Translations under genes and position numbers: made by a program | Notes under the pieces: model-generated | The model's database searches: none | Seen by the model: only the letters and a program-made list of their open reading frames with translations | Told to the model about the DNA's origin: nothing | Part shown: one piece after another, positions 38,806 through 48,720 of the stretch | Numbering within the stretch: the stretch's first letter is position 1 | How the letters are laid out: each line of letters starts with the position of its first letter | Assembly: GCA_049599475.1 (NCBI GenBank) | Contig: JBMYOQ010000011.1 | Span: 17,553 to 81,552 of the forward strand | Reading direction: 5' to 3' | DNA: 64,000 nt | Source: Opitutales bacterium | GTDB taxonomy: Bacteria; Verrucomicrobiota; Verrucomicrobiia; Opitutales; JABSRG01

Positions 38806-38882
38806 AAGGGTAGGGTGAGCCGTCTCGGCGAGCCGATCGAGGGCCCAATAAAGGCTTAAATGGTAAGGTTTACCCTACCCTT
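38806..38882. terminator. long hairpin between convergent sulfatase genes, containing the third copy of the 27-nt motif
   Basis: AAGGGTAGGGT (38806-38816) is the exact reverse complement of ACCCTACCCTT (38872-38882). Motif copy B, GGTAGGGTGAGCCGTCTCGGCGAGCCG, lies at 38809-38835. The terminator role is inferred from position only. Confidence 0.5.
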
Positions 38883-38911
38883 GAATGCGATCAAAACTAA
38901 TGGAGAGCGCT

Positions 38912-40339
38912 TTATTTCTTCTGCTTAGGTGCCGTCCATCCGGGTTTCATCTCTTCGAATGTCGCGAAGTGCTGAATATAATCCGGGCTGACTGACCAAC
39001 GCTTGTCTTTGGGTTGGGGCGTACGGATGCGTTCGCCTTCTGGATAGTCTTTCCCTGCTTCGCTTTCCTCAACGCTAGCCATAATCCCCTGAAGCTCAGC
39101 TTTCATACGTTCCATAAGCTCAGGGAATTGTGTTGAAATATCACTGTGTTCGCCGGGGTCTGCATCTACGTCGAAGAGTTCCCATTTTGGGTTGTTTCGT
39201 TTCTTGGATAGGTTGCGCAGTTTGAAATTCTCGGTGATCAACACTTTACCCTTTTCTAAGAAAGCAATCCCTTTTTCTCGGCTAGGAGTATTGCCGAAGA
39301 AAATATCCTTGATGCTTTCGCCATCTACCACGCTGAGCATGGAGTCCTGTGGCAGCTCCAGGAGGTCTACAAATGTGGGCATGATATCCATCGTCGACGC
39401 AGGAAAATTCGTGATGGTAGGTTTTATCGTGCCGGGCCACTCGATGATGCCGGGTACACGGATTCCCCCCTCGGTGAGAGCGCCTTTGTTTCCTGTTAAT
39501 TTGCCTCCAGAATGTGGGTCGTCCTTCAGGCCGCCATTGTCACTACAGAACCATACAATGGTGTTTTCGGCGATGCCCATATCGCGGAGACCTTGTCGCA
39601 AAGTGCCTACACTGCGGTCCATAGCGGCAATTTCTGCAAGATGATACGCATGTTTATCGTCGAACCCTAAAGCTTTGTAAGGAGCTACATCTTCTTCAGA
39701 AGTCCTAAAGGGAAAGTGCGGAGAGCCATACCAGATGACGGCCAAGAACGGATTGTCCTTTTCCCTTTCGATGAATTTCAGTGCATCATCGACAATGATA
39801 TCAGAGGAGTCGCCCTCGATATATACGAATTCGCCATTGCGGCTCATCAGGGGATCCATGTCGAAAAAATTGGTGGTCGAGAGCCAATAATCGAAACCGT
39901 AAGCACCTGGATGATGTAAGGAGTCCTCTAATACAGGCATGCCGTTGCCCTTGACTCCACCCAAGTGCCACTTGCCAAAATGGGCGGTGGTGTATCCTGC
40001 TTTTTGTAGGGCTTGCGGTAGGGTCTTCTCCTGGAGAGATAGGGTTCCACTAATGGCGGGGGCTCCGGTGCGGCGCGGGAGACGCCCCGTCATGACAGAT
40101 GCACGCGTCGGGGTGCAGGTCGCTGCTGCGGCGTAAAAGCGATCAAAGCGGATACCGTTTTTCGCCATGGCATCCAAGTTGGGGGTTTTTAGGTGCGGGT
40201 GGCCGTTGTAGCCTGTCTGCCCCCAGCCTTGGTCGTCGGTCATCACCAAGATAATGTTGGGGCGTTCTGTATTTGCGCTGAGAACGGATGCGCACATACA
40301 GATTATAGAGATTAGTATGGGGAGTCGTATACGTTTCAT
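38912..40339 (-). CDS. Cys-type sulfatase, secreted
   Basis: It has a signal peptide, ILVMTDDQGWG, the formylglycine motif CTPTRASVMTGR, and GKWHLGG. Confidence 0.9.
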   Translation of the reverse strand: MKRIRLPILISIICMCASVLSANTERPNIILVMTDDQGWGQTGYNGHPHLKTPNLDAMAKNGIRFDRFYAAAATCTPTRASVMTGRLPRRTGAPAISGTLSLQEKTLPQALQKAGYTTAHFGKWHLGGVKGNGMPVLEDSLHHPGAYGFDYWLSTTNFFDMDPLMSRNGEFVYIEGDSSDIIVDDALKFIEREKDNPFLAVIWYGSPHFPFRTSEEDVAPYKALGFDDKHAYHLAEIAAMDRSVGTLRQGLRDMGIAENTIVWFCSDNGGLKDDPHSGGKLTGNKGALTEGGIRVPGIIEWPGTIKPTITNFPASTMDIMPTFVDLLELPQDSMLSVVDGESIKDIFFGNTPSREKGIAFLEKGKVLITENFKLRNLSKKRNNPKWELFDVDADPGEHSDISTQFPELMERMKAELQGIMASVEESEAGKDYPEGERIRTPQPKDKRWSVSPDYIQHFATFEEMKPGWTAPKQKK

Positions 40340-41754
40340 GAATTGGGTGATTTTTTCTTGGATCGTACCAAGCTCTTCTCTGTTTCGATTGGGTCGCTGT
40401 CTCCGAGTTCGTCGAGTTTTTCCATGAGGTGAGTCTTCATGGCTTCAATGACAGAGGCGTATTCTGGATTTCCTATTTGATTATTTAATTCATAGGGATC
40501 TCGGCTGAGATCATAGAATTCAAATTCGGGCCTGTTGTGTAGTTTATGAACCAAGGGAGTGAGCTGAGGGTCGCTTTGGGACTTCGCTACCCAAGAGGCG
40601 CCAATATTCTCGAGATCCGGTTTAGATCCAGCCAATGCTTTAAGGGCAGGCATTAAAGTAAGGTTGGCTGTCTGGTTTGTATGATTGGGGTTGTATATGA
40701 GTGAATAGTCTCGGTTACGAATTACTCTAATTGGAAAGACACGCTCGCGGTTTTGTATGATGTTGCAGTTTGTGAAGGCTCCGTAGACGTATTCATTTAT
40801 CTGTGACGTGTTTCCTTTGAGTGTTTTTAGGAAACTCGAGCCGTCGAAATCGTTATTCTCGAAAGATCCTCCTGCCGCATGTACGAGGGTCGGGGCGACA
40901 TCGGCGATAGAGAGTAGGGCATCGGACGAACTCTTTGGTGCGATAACTCCAGGCCAATGGATGACCATTCCTGATCGCAGGCCATTATCGTAGCATGTCC
41001 ACTTGGCAAACGGAAGTTGAGTGCCTTGCTCACTGCAGACAATGAATAGGGTGTTTTCCCAGAGGCCCCTGTTCTCCAACTCATTGCGCACGGATCCGAC
41101 CAACTTGTCGAAATTGGAGATTTCGGCGTAGTACTTTACTAGGGTTTCTCTGAGAGCTGGGGTGTCTATCCAATAAGGTGGGATAGTCAGGTTCTCGGCT
41201 TTGTATTGGTCTGTGTTGCCGGTGGTAAAGGGCGCATGTGAGTCATTGGAGGCAATGAAAATGCAAAAGGGCGCATTCTTTTCCACTGATTGATCTATCA
41301 CCTTTCTGGCTGCTTTTAGATAATCCTCATTGCTGTCTCTCTTCTTATTCCCGGTATTGATGTATTGGAATGGGTATGCGCTTTGAGGGCCTACATGTGA
41401 TTTACCAATGAGAGCCACTTGGTAACCTAGCGGCTTTAAATAATGAGGAAGGCTCCGGGTGCCCTCTGTTGATTTTGAATGATTGGCTAGAGTGCCTGTC
41501 CGCCAAGGTGTACGACCACTATAAAGCTCTTGGCGAAAGGGTGCACACATGGCGACGGAGGCATACATACTCTGTAGAGTCATGCCCTCTTGGGCCAATT
41601 GATCGATATGAGGTGTTTTACAGTCGACACTCCCGTAGACTCCCCAGGTATCTCGACTCATATCGTCGGCCAAAAGAAAGACTATATTGGGGCGATCCTG
41701 CGCGAGGCAAACCATACCGCTCGCGCAGGAGAGAAGAATCAGGAGGAATCTCAT
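40336..41754 (-). CDS. Cys-type sulfatase, secreted (divergent signature)
   Basis: It has a signal peptide, IVFLLADDMSRD, and the motif CAPFRQELYSGR. The stop overlaps the next sulfatase start by 4 nt (ATGA). By eye it is more AT-rich than its neighbours. Confidence 0.85.
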   Translation of the reverse strand: MRFLLILLSCASGMVCLAQDRPNIVFLLADDMSRDTWGVYGSVDCKTPHIDQLAQEGMTLQSMYASVAMCAPFRQELYSGRTPWRTGTLANHSKSTEGTRSLPHYLKPLGYQVALIGKSHVGPQSAYPFQYINTGNKKRDSNEDYLKAARKVIDQSVEKNAPFCIFIASNDSHAPFTTGNTDQYKAENLTIPPYWIDTPALRETLVKYYAEISNFDKLVGSVRNELENRGLWENTLFIVCSEQGTQLPFAKWTCYDNGLRSGMVIHWPGVIAPKSSSDALLSIADVAPTLVHAAGGSFENNDFDGSSFLKTLKGNTSQINEYVYGAFTNCNIIQNRERVFPIRVIRNRDYSLIYNPNHTNQTANLTLMPALKALAGSKPDLENIGASWVAKSQSDPQLTPLVHKLHNRPEFEFYDLSRDPYELNNQIGNPEYASVIEAMKTHLMEKLDELGDSDPIETEKSLVRSKKKSPNS

Positions 41755-41764
41755 TACAGAGGAA

Positions 41765-43138
41765 CTACTTCTTCTTTTTCTTTTTATTGTTCTTAGCGGC
41801 TTTCATTTCCTTCTGGTACTGTTTCACCTTTTCAGCATCCCAGCCGTCGACCCATTCAGGGGGACGGATATTCGAAGCGAGTTCCAATTGGTAATCCTGA
41901 GCCATTTTCTTTAACTCCTGAACAATTTCAGGGTGCTGTGACGAGATGTCCGTGGTCTCTCCTATATCGTCCTTCAGGTTGAACAAGCTTCCCTCCTCGA
42001 TCGGGGTTCGGCCTTGCATGCCGCCTTTTCCGTTTCCGCCTGGAGTGACTCGTTTTAGGTAGAGCTTCCAGTCTTTGTATCGAATGGTGCTGCCCGTGAA
42101 AAAGGTCTCGTGGATGGGTGAAGACACTTCTTCTCCGAGCATGTAGGGGAGGATGCTCTTGCCGTCGAGGATGCGATCGGTAGGTGCCTTGACTCCCGAA
42201 ATTTCAGCGAAGGTTGGGAGCATGTCGACGATAGCTGTGATCTCCTCTGTCTCTGTGCCAGCTTCAATTTTGTCAGGCCAACGCATGACAGTGGGAACCC
42301 GCACGCCGCCTTCAAAATGGGTCCATTTGCCACCCTTGAGCGGACCTGAACTGCCATGACCGTCTACACTGAGTTGAGCGCCGTTGTCTGAAGTAAAAAT
42401 GAATAGGGTGTTGTCCGCAATGCCTGTTTCCTCGAGCGCTTTCATGAGCTCGCCGACCTGCCAGTCGATTTCTTGGATCACATCGCCATAGGTTCCATGT
42501 TCTGATGATCCTACGAATTTCTCATTGGGAATCCATTTCACGTGCGGCAGCGGAGAGGCATAATAGAGGAAAAACGGTTTATCGGAATTTGCGTTTCTTT
42601 TGATGAATTCCACGCCTTCTTGGGTGAGGTCTGGCGTGTAGATCCCATGAGTCTTTGACTGCGCTTTTTCGATGACGACTTCGTTGTTGCGATAGATAGA
42701 CTTCCCCATGAATCCATAGAAGTAGTCGAAGCCGTGCAGAGTTGGATTAAATTGCGGCCATTCACCCAAGTGCCACTTTCCAACGATACCCGTCGTATAT
42801 CCGGCTTCCTTGAGAATTTCGGCAGTAGTGATCTCCTCGGAGTTAATACCCTTGTAAGAGTGCGCGTAAACGACAGTTCCGAGGCTCACGCGGCTGGCTT
42901 TCGATCCGGTCATGAATGCGGCCCGCGTCGGCGAGCAGCGATTGTGGACGTAGAAGCTGGTAAATTTCATCCCCTCAGCGCCCAGGCGGTCAACATTGGG
43001 AGTTTTGTAGCCATCTGCGCCCCAGCTGCTTAAGTCTCCATAACCTTGGTCATCGGTCATGAAGAAAATGATATTGGGCTGGGCTGCGTTTAGGGTAAAG
43101 CAAGCTAGCATGGAGGCTAGCCATAGAGGGTATTTCAT
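41765..43138 (-). CDS. Cys-type sulfatase, secreted, with a poly-Lys C-terminus
   Basis: It has a signal peptide, IIFFMTDDQGYGD, the motif CSPTRAAFMTGS, and GKWHLGE. The C-terminus is AAKNNKKKKKK. Confidence 0.9.
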   Translation of the reverse strand: MKYPLWLASMLACFTLNAAQPNIIFFMTDDQGYGDLSSWGADGYKTPNVDRLGAEGMKFTSFYVHNRCSPTRAAFMTGSKASRVSLGTVVYAHSYKGINSEEITTAEILKEAGYTTGIVGKWHLGEWPQFNPTLHGFDYFYGFMGKSIYRNNEVVIEKAQSKTHGIYTPDLTQEGVEFIKRNANSDKPFFLYYASPLPHVKWIPNEKFVGSSEHGTYGDVIQEIDWQVGELMKALEETGIADNTLFIFTSDNGAQLSVDGHGSSGPLKGGKWTHFEGGVRVPTVMRWPDKIEAGTETEEITAIVDMLPTFAEISGVKAPTDRILDGKSILPYMLGEEVSSPIHETFFTGSTIRYKDWKLYLKRVTPGGNGKGGMQGRTPIEEGSLFNLKDDIGETTDISSQHPEIVQELKKMAQDYQLELASNIRPPEWVDGWDAEKVKQYQKEMKAAKNNKKKKKK

Positions 43139-43375
43139 AAGTGTGATGTCGGTTGAAATGGTGATTTCGTTACCCTGTTAAAACATAGCGTTTAGATTAT
43201 GTTGCGACTAAAATTAAACGTTTTATGCGGGGTAAAAAGTGGAATTCTGAGAAGAAATTACCAAGACCCAGGCATGAGTTTTCGATGCCTTTTGATGGGA
43301 AATTTCCGGATTGGAAGGTTGCCGAGGTCCTTAGAGCGGCGGACGCCCGGAGGAAGGCGGGTAAGCTGTAGCAGC

Positions 43376-43406
43376 GGTCTTAGGCCTTTGGAAAACGGCT
43401 AAGACC
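43376..43406 (-). terminator. hairpin 36 nt downstream of the leuA stop (no U-tract)
   Basis: GGTCTTAG (43376-43383) pairs with CTAAGACC (43399-43406). A further GCC/GGC pairing extends the stem after a one-base bulge. Confidence 0.4.
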
Positions 43407-43441
43407 TGCGTAGACTTTCGTTAAAGTCAGATCAGGACACT

Positions 43442-45133
43442 CTACGCGTTCTTCAGCCTGTTGAAGGCACTGACGACCGCATAGAGACTAGCAGCCTCGA
43501 TATTGGAGTCCAAGGCAGCTCCGAAGAACTTTTTGCCAGTGTTTAACTGCTCGAGTACAATGTAACATGCGGACTGAGTCGCAGAGCCATGACCGATCGC
43601 GTGCTGTCGGTAATCGACCAGCTGGAAGTCCTTCCACCCTTGTTGGTCAATCGCGTTCACGAGTGAGCTGATGGGGCCGTTACCTTGTCCTTCGAGCTCT
43701 ACTTCCTTGCCTGCAAAGGTTGCGGGAGCTACAAAGGTAACCGCGTCGACATCCTCCTCTTGGTGCATTACGCGATAGCGGAGCACTTCCAAGGGTGTCT
43801 TAGCCTCAAGATATGTCTTTTTGAAGACCTCGTATACTTCCTCATTATTCAACTCGCGTCCGAGGCTGTCGGCATGCGCGTTTACGATACCGCCGATTTC
43901 TATGTGCATGGCCTTCGGAAGGTCCAAGCCATAGCCGCGAGAGAGGATATAGGCTACGCCGCCCTTACCGCTCTGGCTGTTAATGCGGATAATGGCTTCG
44001 TAAGAGCGGCCAATATCATGGGGATCGATTGGAAGGTAGGGGACGGCCCAGAGTGGCTCAGTCTCGGCGCCTTCGCCAGCCGCTTTTACGCGGTCCATAC
44101 CCTTCTTGATGGCATCTTGGTGCGAGCCTGAAAACGCGGTAAAGACGAGGTCGCCGGCGTATGGATGGCGGTCATGCACGTCCATGCGAGTGACCCGCTC
44201 GTAGACTTCGCGGATCTTGGGCAAGTCGCTCAAATCGAGCAGTGGGTCTACGCCTTGAGTGTAGAGATTCAGGGCGACCTGTACGATATCCAGGTTGCCA
44301 GTGCGCTCGCCGTTTCCAAAAAGCGTGCCTTCGACGCGGTCAGCGCCTGCCATCAAAGCCAACTCGGTGGCAGCTGTTCCGGTGCCGCGGTCGTTGTGCG
44401 TATGCAGGCTGATGATGGCTGCATCACGGTCTTTCAGGCTTTGGCAAAACCATTCGATCTGGTCCGCATGCACATTGGGTGTCGCCATCTCGACGGTCGC
44501 TGGAAGGTTCAGTATCACTGGCTTCTCAGCACGAGCTTCCCAAACCTCCATCACGGCTTCGCAGACTTCCAAGGCGTAATCGACCTCAGTATCTGAAAAG
44601 CTTTCGGGGGAGTATTGAAGCATCACGTCGGTGTCGCTCAAGCGATCCAAGCGTTCTTGCACCCACTGTGCCCCCTGCACTGCGATCGCTTTGATCTCTT
44701 CTTTGGTCTTTCCAAAGGTGACCTCGCGTTGCAGAGGATTCGTGGAATTATACAGGTGGATGACTACCTTTTTCGCGCCTTCCAAGCTCTCTACGGTGCG
44801 TTCAATCAAGTGCTCCCGAGCTTGGACCAAAACCTGAAGTGCAACATCATCGGGCACACGGTTTTCCTCGATCAAACGACGTGCAAAATTGAATTCAGTA
44901 TCCGATGCAGACGGAAACCCGATCTCGATCTGCTTAAAGCCGATCTTCACTAAAAGCTCGAAAAACTCCAACTTCTCCTCGACCGACATCGGGATCGCGA
45001 GCGCCTGATTACCGTCCCGGAGATCGACACTGCACCAGATGGGCGCTTTTTCGATACGCTTATCTGGCCAAGTCCGGTTTTTAATCGGGATCGCCGGAAA
45101 GGGGCGATACTTGGAGATTGGGTGCTTTTGCAT
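43442..45133 (-). CDS. leuA: 2-isopropylmalate synthase, long (LeuA type 2) form
   Basis: After the ATG at 45133 the sequence reads MQKHPISKYRPFPAIPIKNRTWPDKRIEKAPIWCSVDLRDGNQAL. The HTHNDRGTG motif and a C-terminal regulatory domain are present. Confidence 0.9.
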   Translation of the reverse strand: MQKHPISKYRPFPAIPIKNRTWPDKRIEKAPIWCSVDLRDGNQALAIPMSVEEKLEFFELLVKIGFKQIEIGFPSASDTEFNFARRLIEENRVPDDVALQVLVQAREHLIERTVESLEGAKKVVIHLYNSTNPLQREVTFGKTKEEIKAIAVQGAQWVQERLDRLSDTDVMLQYSPESFSDTEVDYALEVCEAVMEVWEARAEKPVILNLPATVEMATPNVHADQIEWFCQSLKDRDAAIISLHTHNDRGTGTAATELALMAGADRVEGTLFGNGERTGNLDIVQVALNLYTQGVDPLLDLSDLPKIREVYERVTRMDVHDRHPYAGDLVFTAFSGSHQDAIKKGMDRVKAAGEGAETEPLWAVPYLPIDPHDIGRSYEAIIRINSQSGKGGVAYILSRGYGLDLPKAMHIEIGGIVNAHADSLGRELNNEEVYEVFKKTYLEAKTPLEVLRYRVMHQEEDVDAVTFVAPATFAGKEVELEGQGNGPISSLVNAIDQQGWKDFQLVDYRQHAIGHGSATQSACYIVLEQLNTGKKFFGAALDSNIEAASLYAVVSAFNRLKNA

Positions 45134-45145
45134 GGTAGGTAAAAA

Positions 45146-45166
45146 GGATGAAGGATGAGGGATGAC
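45146..45166. repeat. three tandem heptamers GGATGA[A/G/C] (TCATCC[C/T] on the coding strand) just upstream of the leuA ATG
   Basis: The sequence is GGATGAA GGATGAG GGATGAC at 45146-45166. On the minus strand it reads gTCATCCCTCATCCTTCATCCtttttacctaccATG. Confidence 0.8.
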
Positions 45167-45280
45167 GGAGCGCGTTAGCGCGGAGATGGCACCGTAAGCT
45201 TGCGAACGGTGGCCGAAGGCCGACGAAGCGGGTGCCCTTCGGGCAGCTGAGGAGCAAACCACCGTAACCCTCGCCGCGTT

Positions 45281-47074
45281 CTATTTTTCAGGACCAGAAC
45301 TAATCAAAATCTCTCTCGCAGACTTTCCTTGTTGGATCATAGGCAAGACGTGCTCGGTGTAGGGAACAACCACGTCTAGCAGGTAAGGGCCGTCGTGAGC
45401 GAGCATGTCTTGAATTGCGGCGCGGAGGTCTTCGCGTCGGATTACACGACGTGCTTTCACGCCGAAGCCTTCGGCGATTTTAACGAAGTCCGGATACAGG
45501 CCGTCGATGTTTTCGGGGCCGCCGATGTTGTTCGGGTCGCCCAGGATCGTTTGGCCACGCACACTCTCGTAAAGCAGGTCTTCCCACTGGACCACCATGC
45601 CCAAGTGCTGGTTGTTTATTATGATGGTCTTGGCGTTGATCTTTTCGATGGCCTGGGTCGCCAGTTCCTGGACATTCATCAGGAAGCAGCCGTCGCCATC
45701 AATATTGATCACTTCCTTGTCCGGAAATGCAACCTTTGCTCCGATCGCTGCCGGGAGGCCGAATCCCATGGTGCCTAAACCCAGCGAGCTGATATATCGG
45801 CGTGGCTCGGAAAATTTGTAATATTGCGCCGCCCACATTTGGTGCTGCCCGACCCCTGTGGTGATGATGGCATCTCCCTTTGTTTCTTCGTAAAGTACCT
45901 CGATCGCTTCTTGAGGAAGGATGTGCTTATTCGGCTCGTATTGGAAGGGGTATTCCTTTTTCCAGCCGTTCAGCTTAACGTACCAGCCTTTGTAGTCGCG
46001 AGGCTCGATCTTGCGCTGGTCTACCAGCTCGATCATGCGGCGCAGCGCGTATTTAATATCGGTGTGGATCGGGAAATGCGCGGGCTTATTCTTATTGTGC
46101 TCCGAGCGATCGATATCGAAGTGAACGATCGTTGATTTCGGGGCAAATTTATCTACGCGGCCGGTGATGCGGTCGTCGAAGCGCGCGCCGGCACAAATAA
46201 GAAGATCACTTTCGAGAACGGCCCAGTTTCCGGCTACCGTGCCATGCATGCCAAACCAGTAGAGTGAACGCTCGTCTTCTGCTGGGTAAGCGCCCAAGCC
46301 CATCAAGGTCGAAGCTACTGGGATATTGAGCATCTTCGCGAAGCCGCGGAGCTCGTCTACAGCATCCCCAGAGATGATGCCACCGCCGGTGTAGAGAACC
46401 GGGCGTTCCGCTTGTTTGATCAGTTCCAGAACGACCAATAGATCGTCGTCGCTGGCTTTGGGTGGAACCTGCAATCCCGGAAGGCTGGTGGTTGAAGGGA
46501 AAGTCGGCGCGAAGACCTCCTGTTGTACATCCTTGGGAATATCGATTACCACCGGGCCAGGGCGTCCGCTGGTCGCGACGCGGAAGGCTTCTTTAATCGC
46601 AATCGGCAGCTCTTCTGGGGTGAGCACCAAGTAAGAGTGCTTCACGATCGGAAGGGTCATTCCGATAAAATCTGTTTCCTGGAAGGCGCTCTTGCCGATG
46701 AATTGCTGGTAAACTTGGCCGGTGATCGCAACGAGTGGGATCGAATCCATCCAAGCGTCAGCGATACATGTTACCAAATTCGTAGCGCCGGGTCCGCTGG
46801 TCGCCATGCAAACGCCCGGTTTACCTGTAGCGCGGGCATATCCGTGGGCCATGAAGCCGCCGCCCTGTTCGAAACGAGGCAGAATCGTGCGGATATCTTT
46901 TTCTCGGCGCACGAGTGCTTGGTGTAGTTCCAGTGAAGCCCCGCCTGGGTAGGCGAATACCACATCCACACCCTCACGGACGAGCGCTTCGATTGCGACA
47001 TCGGCGCCTTTCATGGCGGGTAGTGTTTCCCCCGCTTTAGGATCGTTTTCCTGAGCTAGAGTTGTTTGGGACAT
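45281..47074 (-). CDS. ilvB: acetolactate synthase (AHAS) large catalytic subunit
   Basis: This is a ThDP enzyme. After the ATG at 47074 the sequence reads [26 protein letters not shown]. The ThDP motif is [15 protein letters not shown]...[10 protein letters not shown]. No small-subunit gene (ilvN) is adjacent. Confidence 0.9.
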   Translation of the reverse strand: MSQTTLAQENDPKAGETLPAMKGADVAIEALVREGVDVVFAYPGGASLELHQALVRREKDIRTILPRFEQGGGFMAHGYARATGKPGVCMATSGPGATNLVTCIADAWMDSIPLVAITGQVYQQFIGKSAFQETDFIGMTLPIVKHSYLVLTPEELPIAIKEAFRVATSGRPGPVVIDIPKDVQQEVFAPTFPSTTSLPGLQVPPKASDDDLLVVLELIKQAERPVLYTGGGIISGDAVDELRGFAKMLNIPVASTLMGLGAYPAEDERSLYWFGMHGTVAGNWAVLESDLLICAGARFDDRITGRVDKFAPKSTIVHFDIDRSEHNKNKPAHFPIHTDIKYALRRMIELVDQRKIEPRDYKGWYVKLNGWKKEYPFQYEPNKHILPQEAIEVLYEETKGDAIITTGVGQHQMWAAQYYKFSEPRRYISSLGLGTMGFGLPAAIGAKVAFPDKEVINIDGDGCFLMNVQELATQAIEKINAKTIIINNQHLGMVVQWEDLLYESVRGQTILGDPNNIGGPENIDGLYPDFVKIAEGFGVKARRVIRREDLRAAIQDMLAHDGPYLLDVVVPYTEHVLPMIQQGKSAREILISSGPEK

Positions 47075-47187
47075 GGTATGTTGTTTTTTGGATTTTTGTT
47101 TAGAAATAGGCAAAAGCGAAGCGGCCTCGATCACATTGATCGTGATATTACGGTCTTAGGGCTCACCATTTAAAGGAAAGGCGAGCC

Positions 47188-47307
47188 CTACATCACCACG
47201 AGCACACGCACGCTGGTGAGCAAGAGCACAACAGTCACAACGAGAGACAATCCGCGGCCGAAAACCGAGGCTTTAGGGAAACACTGTTGACTGGATGCTG
47301 GATTCAC
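47188..47307 (-). promoter_or_regulatory. candidate branched-chain amino acid leader peptide upstream of ilvB
   Basis: The minus-strand mini-ORF ends ...GLSLVVTVVLLLTSVRVLVVM-TAG, with the stop at 47190-47188. Possible starts are GTG 47307 (39 aa) or TTG 47250 (20 aa). Eight Val and five Leu fall in the last 19 codons. A 9-bp hairpin (47159-47188) begins at the stop codon. Confidence 0.5.
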
Positions 47308-47380
47308 GGCTCTAAAAGTCGTTTAAAACCTTAACGCTTTAGGTCTTTCAGGCGGGTGAGGTCAATTTAAAAGCAGTTTT

Positions 47381-48160
47381 ATGGCACGTATTTTATTCAT
47401 TGGAGACATCGTCGGCAGTCCCGGGCGGAAAGCAGTGCAGAAGCACTTAACCAAAATTCGAAAAGAGAACGCGATCGACTGGGTGATCGCAAACGGCGAA
47501 AACGCTGCAGCGGGCAAGGGCATCACAGGCCCCTTGTGCTACGAACTCTATGAAGCTGGGGTCGATCGGATCACCTTGGGCGACCACGTTTGGGACCAGC
47601 GTGGCTTTGCTGATGATATCGACAATATCCATAAACTTTGCCGTCCCTATAATCTACCCAAAGGCGTGCCTGGGCGCGGCTACGAGACCCTGGATTTGGG
47701 CAATGGGAAAACGCTTGGTATCGCGACCTTGCTTGGCCGCCAGTTCATGAAAGTCTCGGGCAGTTGCCAGTATGAGGCCTTGGATGCACTGCTGAATGTT
47801 TCGGAAGTCGATTTCTGGTTTATCGAAATGCACGCCGAGACGACCGCCGAAAAAATCGGCATCGGATGGTATTTGGACGGGCGAGCGCTGGCAGTCATCG
47901 GAACGCATACCCACGTGCCCACAGCCGACGAAGCCATTTTGCCGCGTGGCACCGCCTATTTGACCGACGCCGGTATGTCGGGCCCCTACACTTCAGTCCT
48001 CGGGCGTGAAGTGGCCCCTGTGATCGCCTCTATGCGTGACGGTATGCCGCGTCGTTTTGAGGTAGCCCAGCACGACGTGCGCATCTGCGGTTGCCTTATC
48101 GACTTCGACCCCGAGACCGGAATTGCCGAAAAGATCGAGCGATTCCGGAAGGATGTTTAG
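47381..48160 (+). CDS. ymdB: YmdB-like metallophosphoesterase (TIGR00282 family)
   Basis: The N-terminus is MARILFIGDIVGSPGR, with GENAAAGKGIT and HAETTAEK motifs. Confidence 0.85.
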   Translation: MARILFIGDIVGSPGRKAVQKHLTKIRKENAIDWVIANGENAAAGKGITGPLCYELYEAGVDRITLGDHVWDQRGFADDIDNIHKLCRPYNLPKGVPGRGYETLDLGNGKTLGIATLLGRQFMKVSGSCQYEALDALLNVSEVDFWFIEMHAETTAEKIGIGWYLDGRALAVIGTHTHVPTADEAILPRGTAYLTDAGMSGPYTSVLGREVAPVIASMRDGMPRRFEVAQHDVRICGCLIDFDPETGIAEKIERFRKDV

Positions 48161-48204
48161 GGGAGGTGCTTGAGCAGGATTCTACGCCCTAAGGTTTGTT
48201 TTCA

Positions 48205-48603
<399 letters not shown>

Positions 48604-48720
48604 TTAGCTACCTTTTGCAATCTTCTATATCTCCCGAGCCTCTTCGTTGGCACTGAAATGACCTTAAAGATTGCAAAACGCTTCTCAAACTGCTTTGATT
48701 GAGCGTTTTTATTTGTCGCT

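Noticed and set aside
43321-43375. A possible degenerate fourth copy of the 27-nt motif is present (GGCGGACGCC core).
   Set aside because: Only about 11 nt resemble the motif. The hairpin would have a 2-nt loop, and the GGTAGGG and GAGCCG flanks are missing.
45134-45262. An upstream GTG extension of leuA adds 43 codons, and a similar extension of ilvB covers 47075-47134.
   Set aside because: The extensions run through hairpin- and repeat-rich or A-rich leader sequence. They add residues absent from the conserved N-termini (MQKHPISKYRPF for LeuA and MSQTTLAQ...[11 protein letters not shown] for IlvB).
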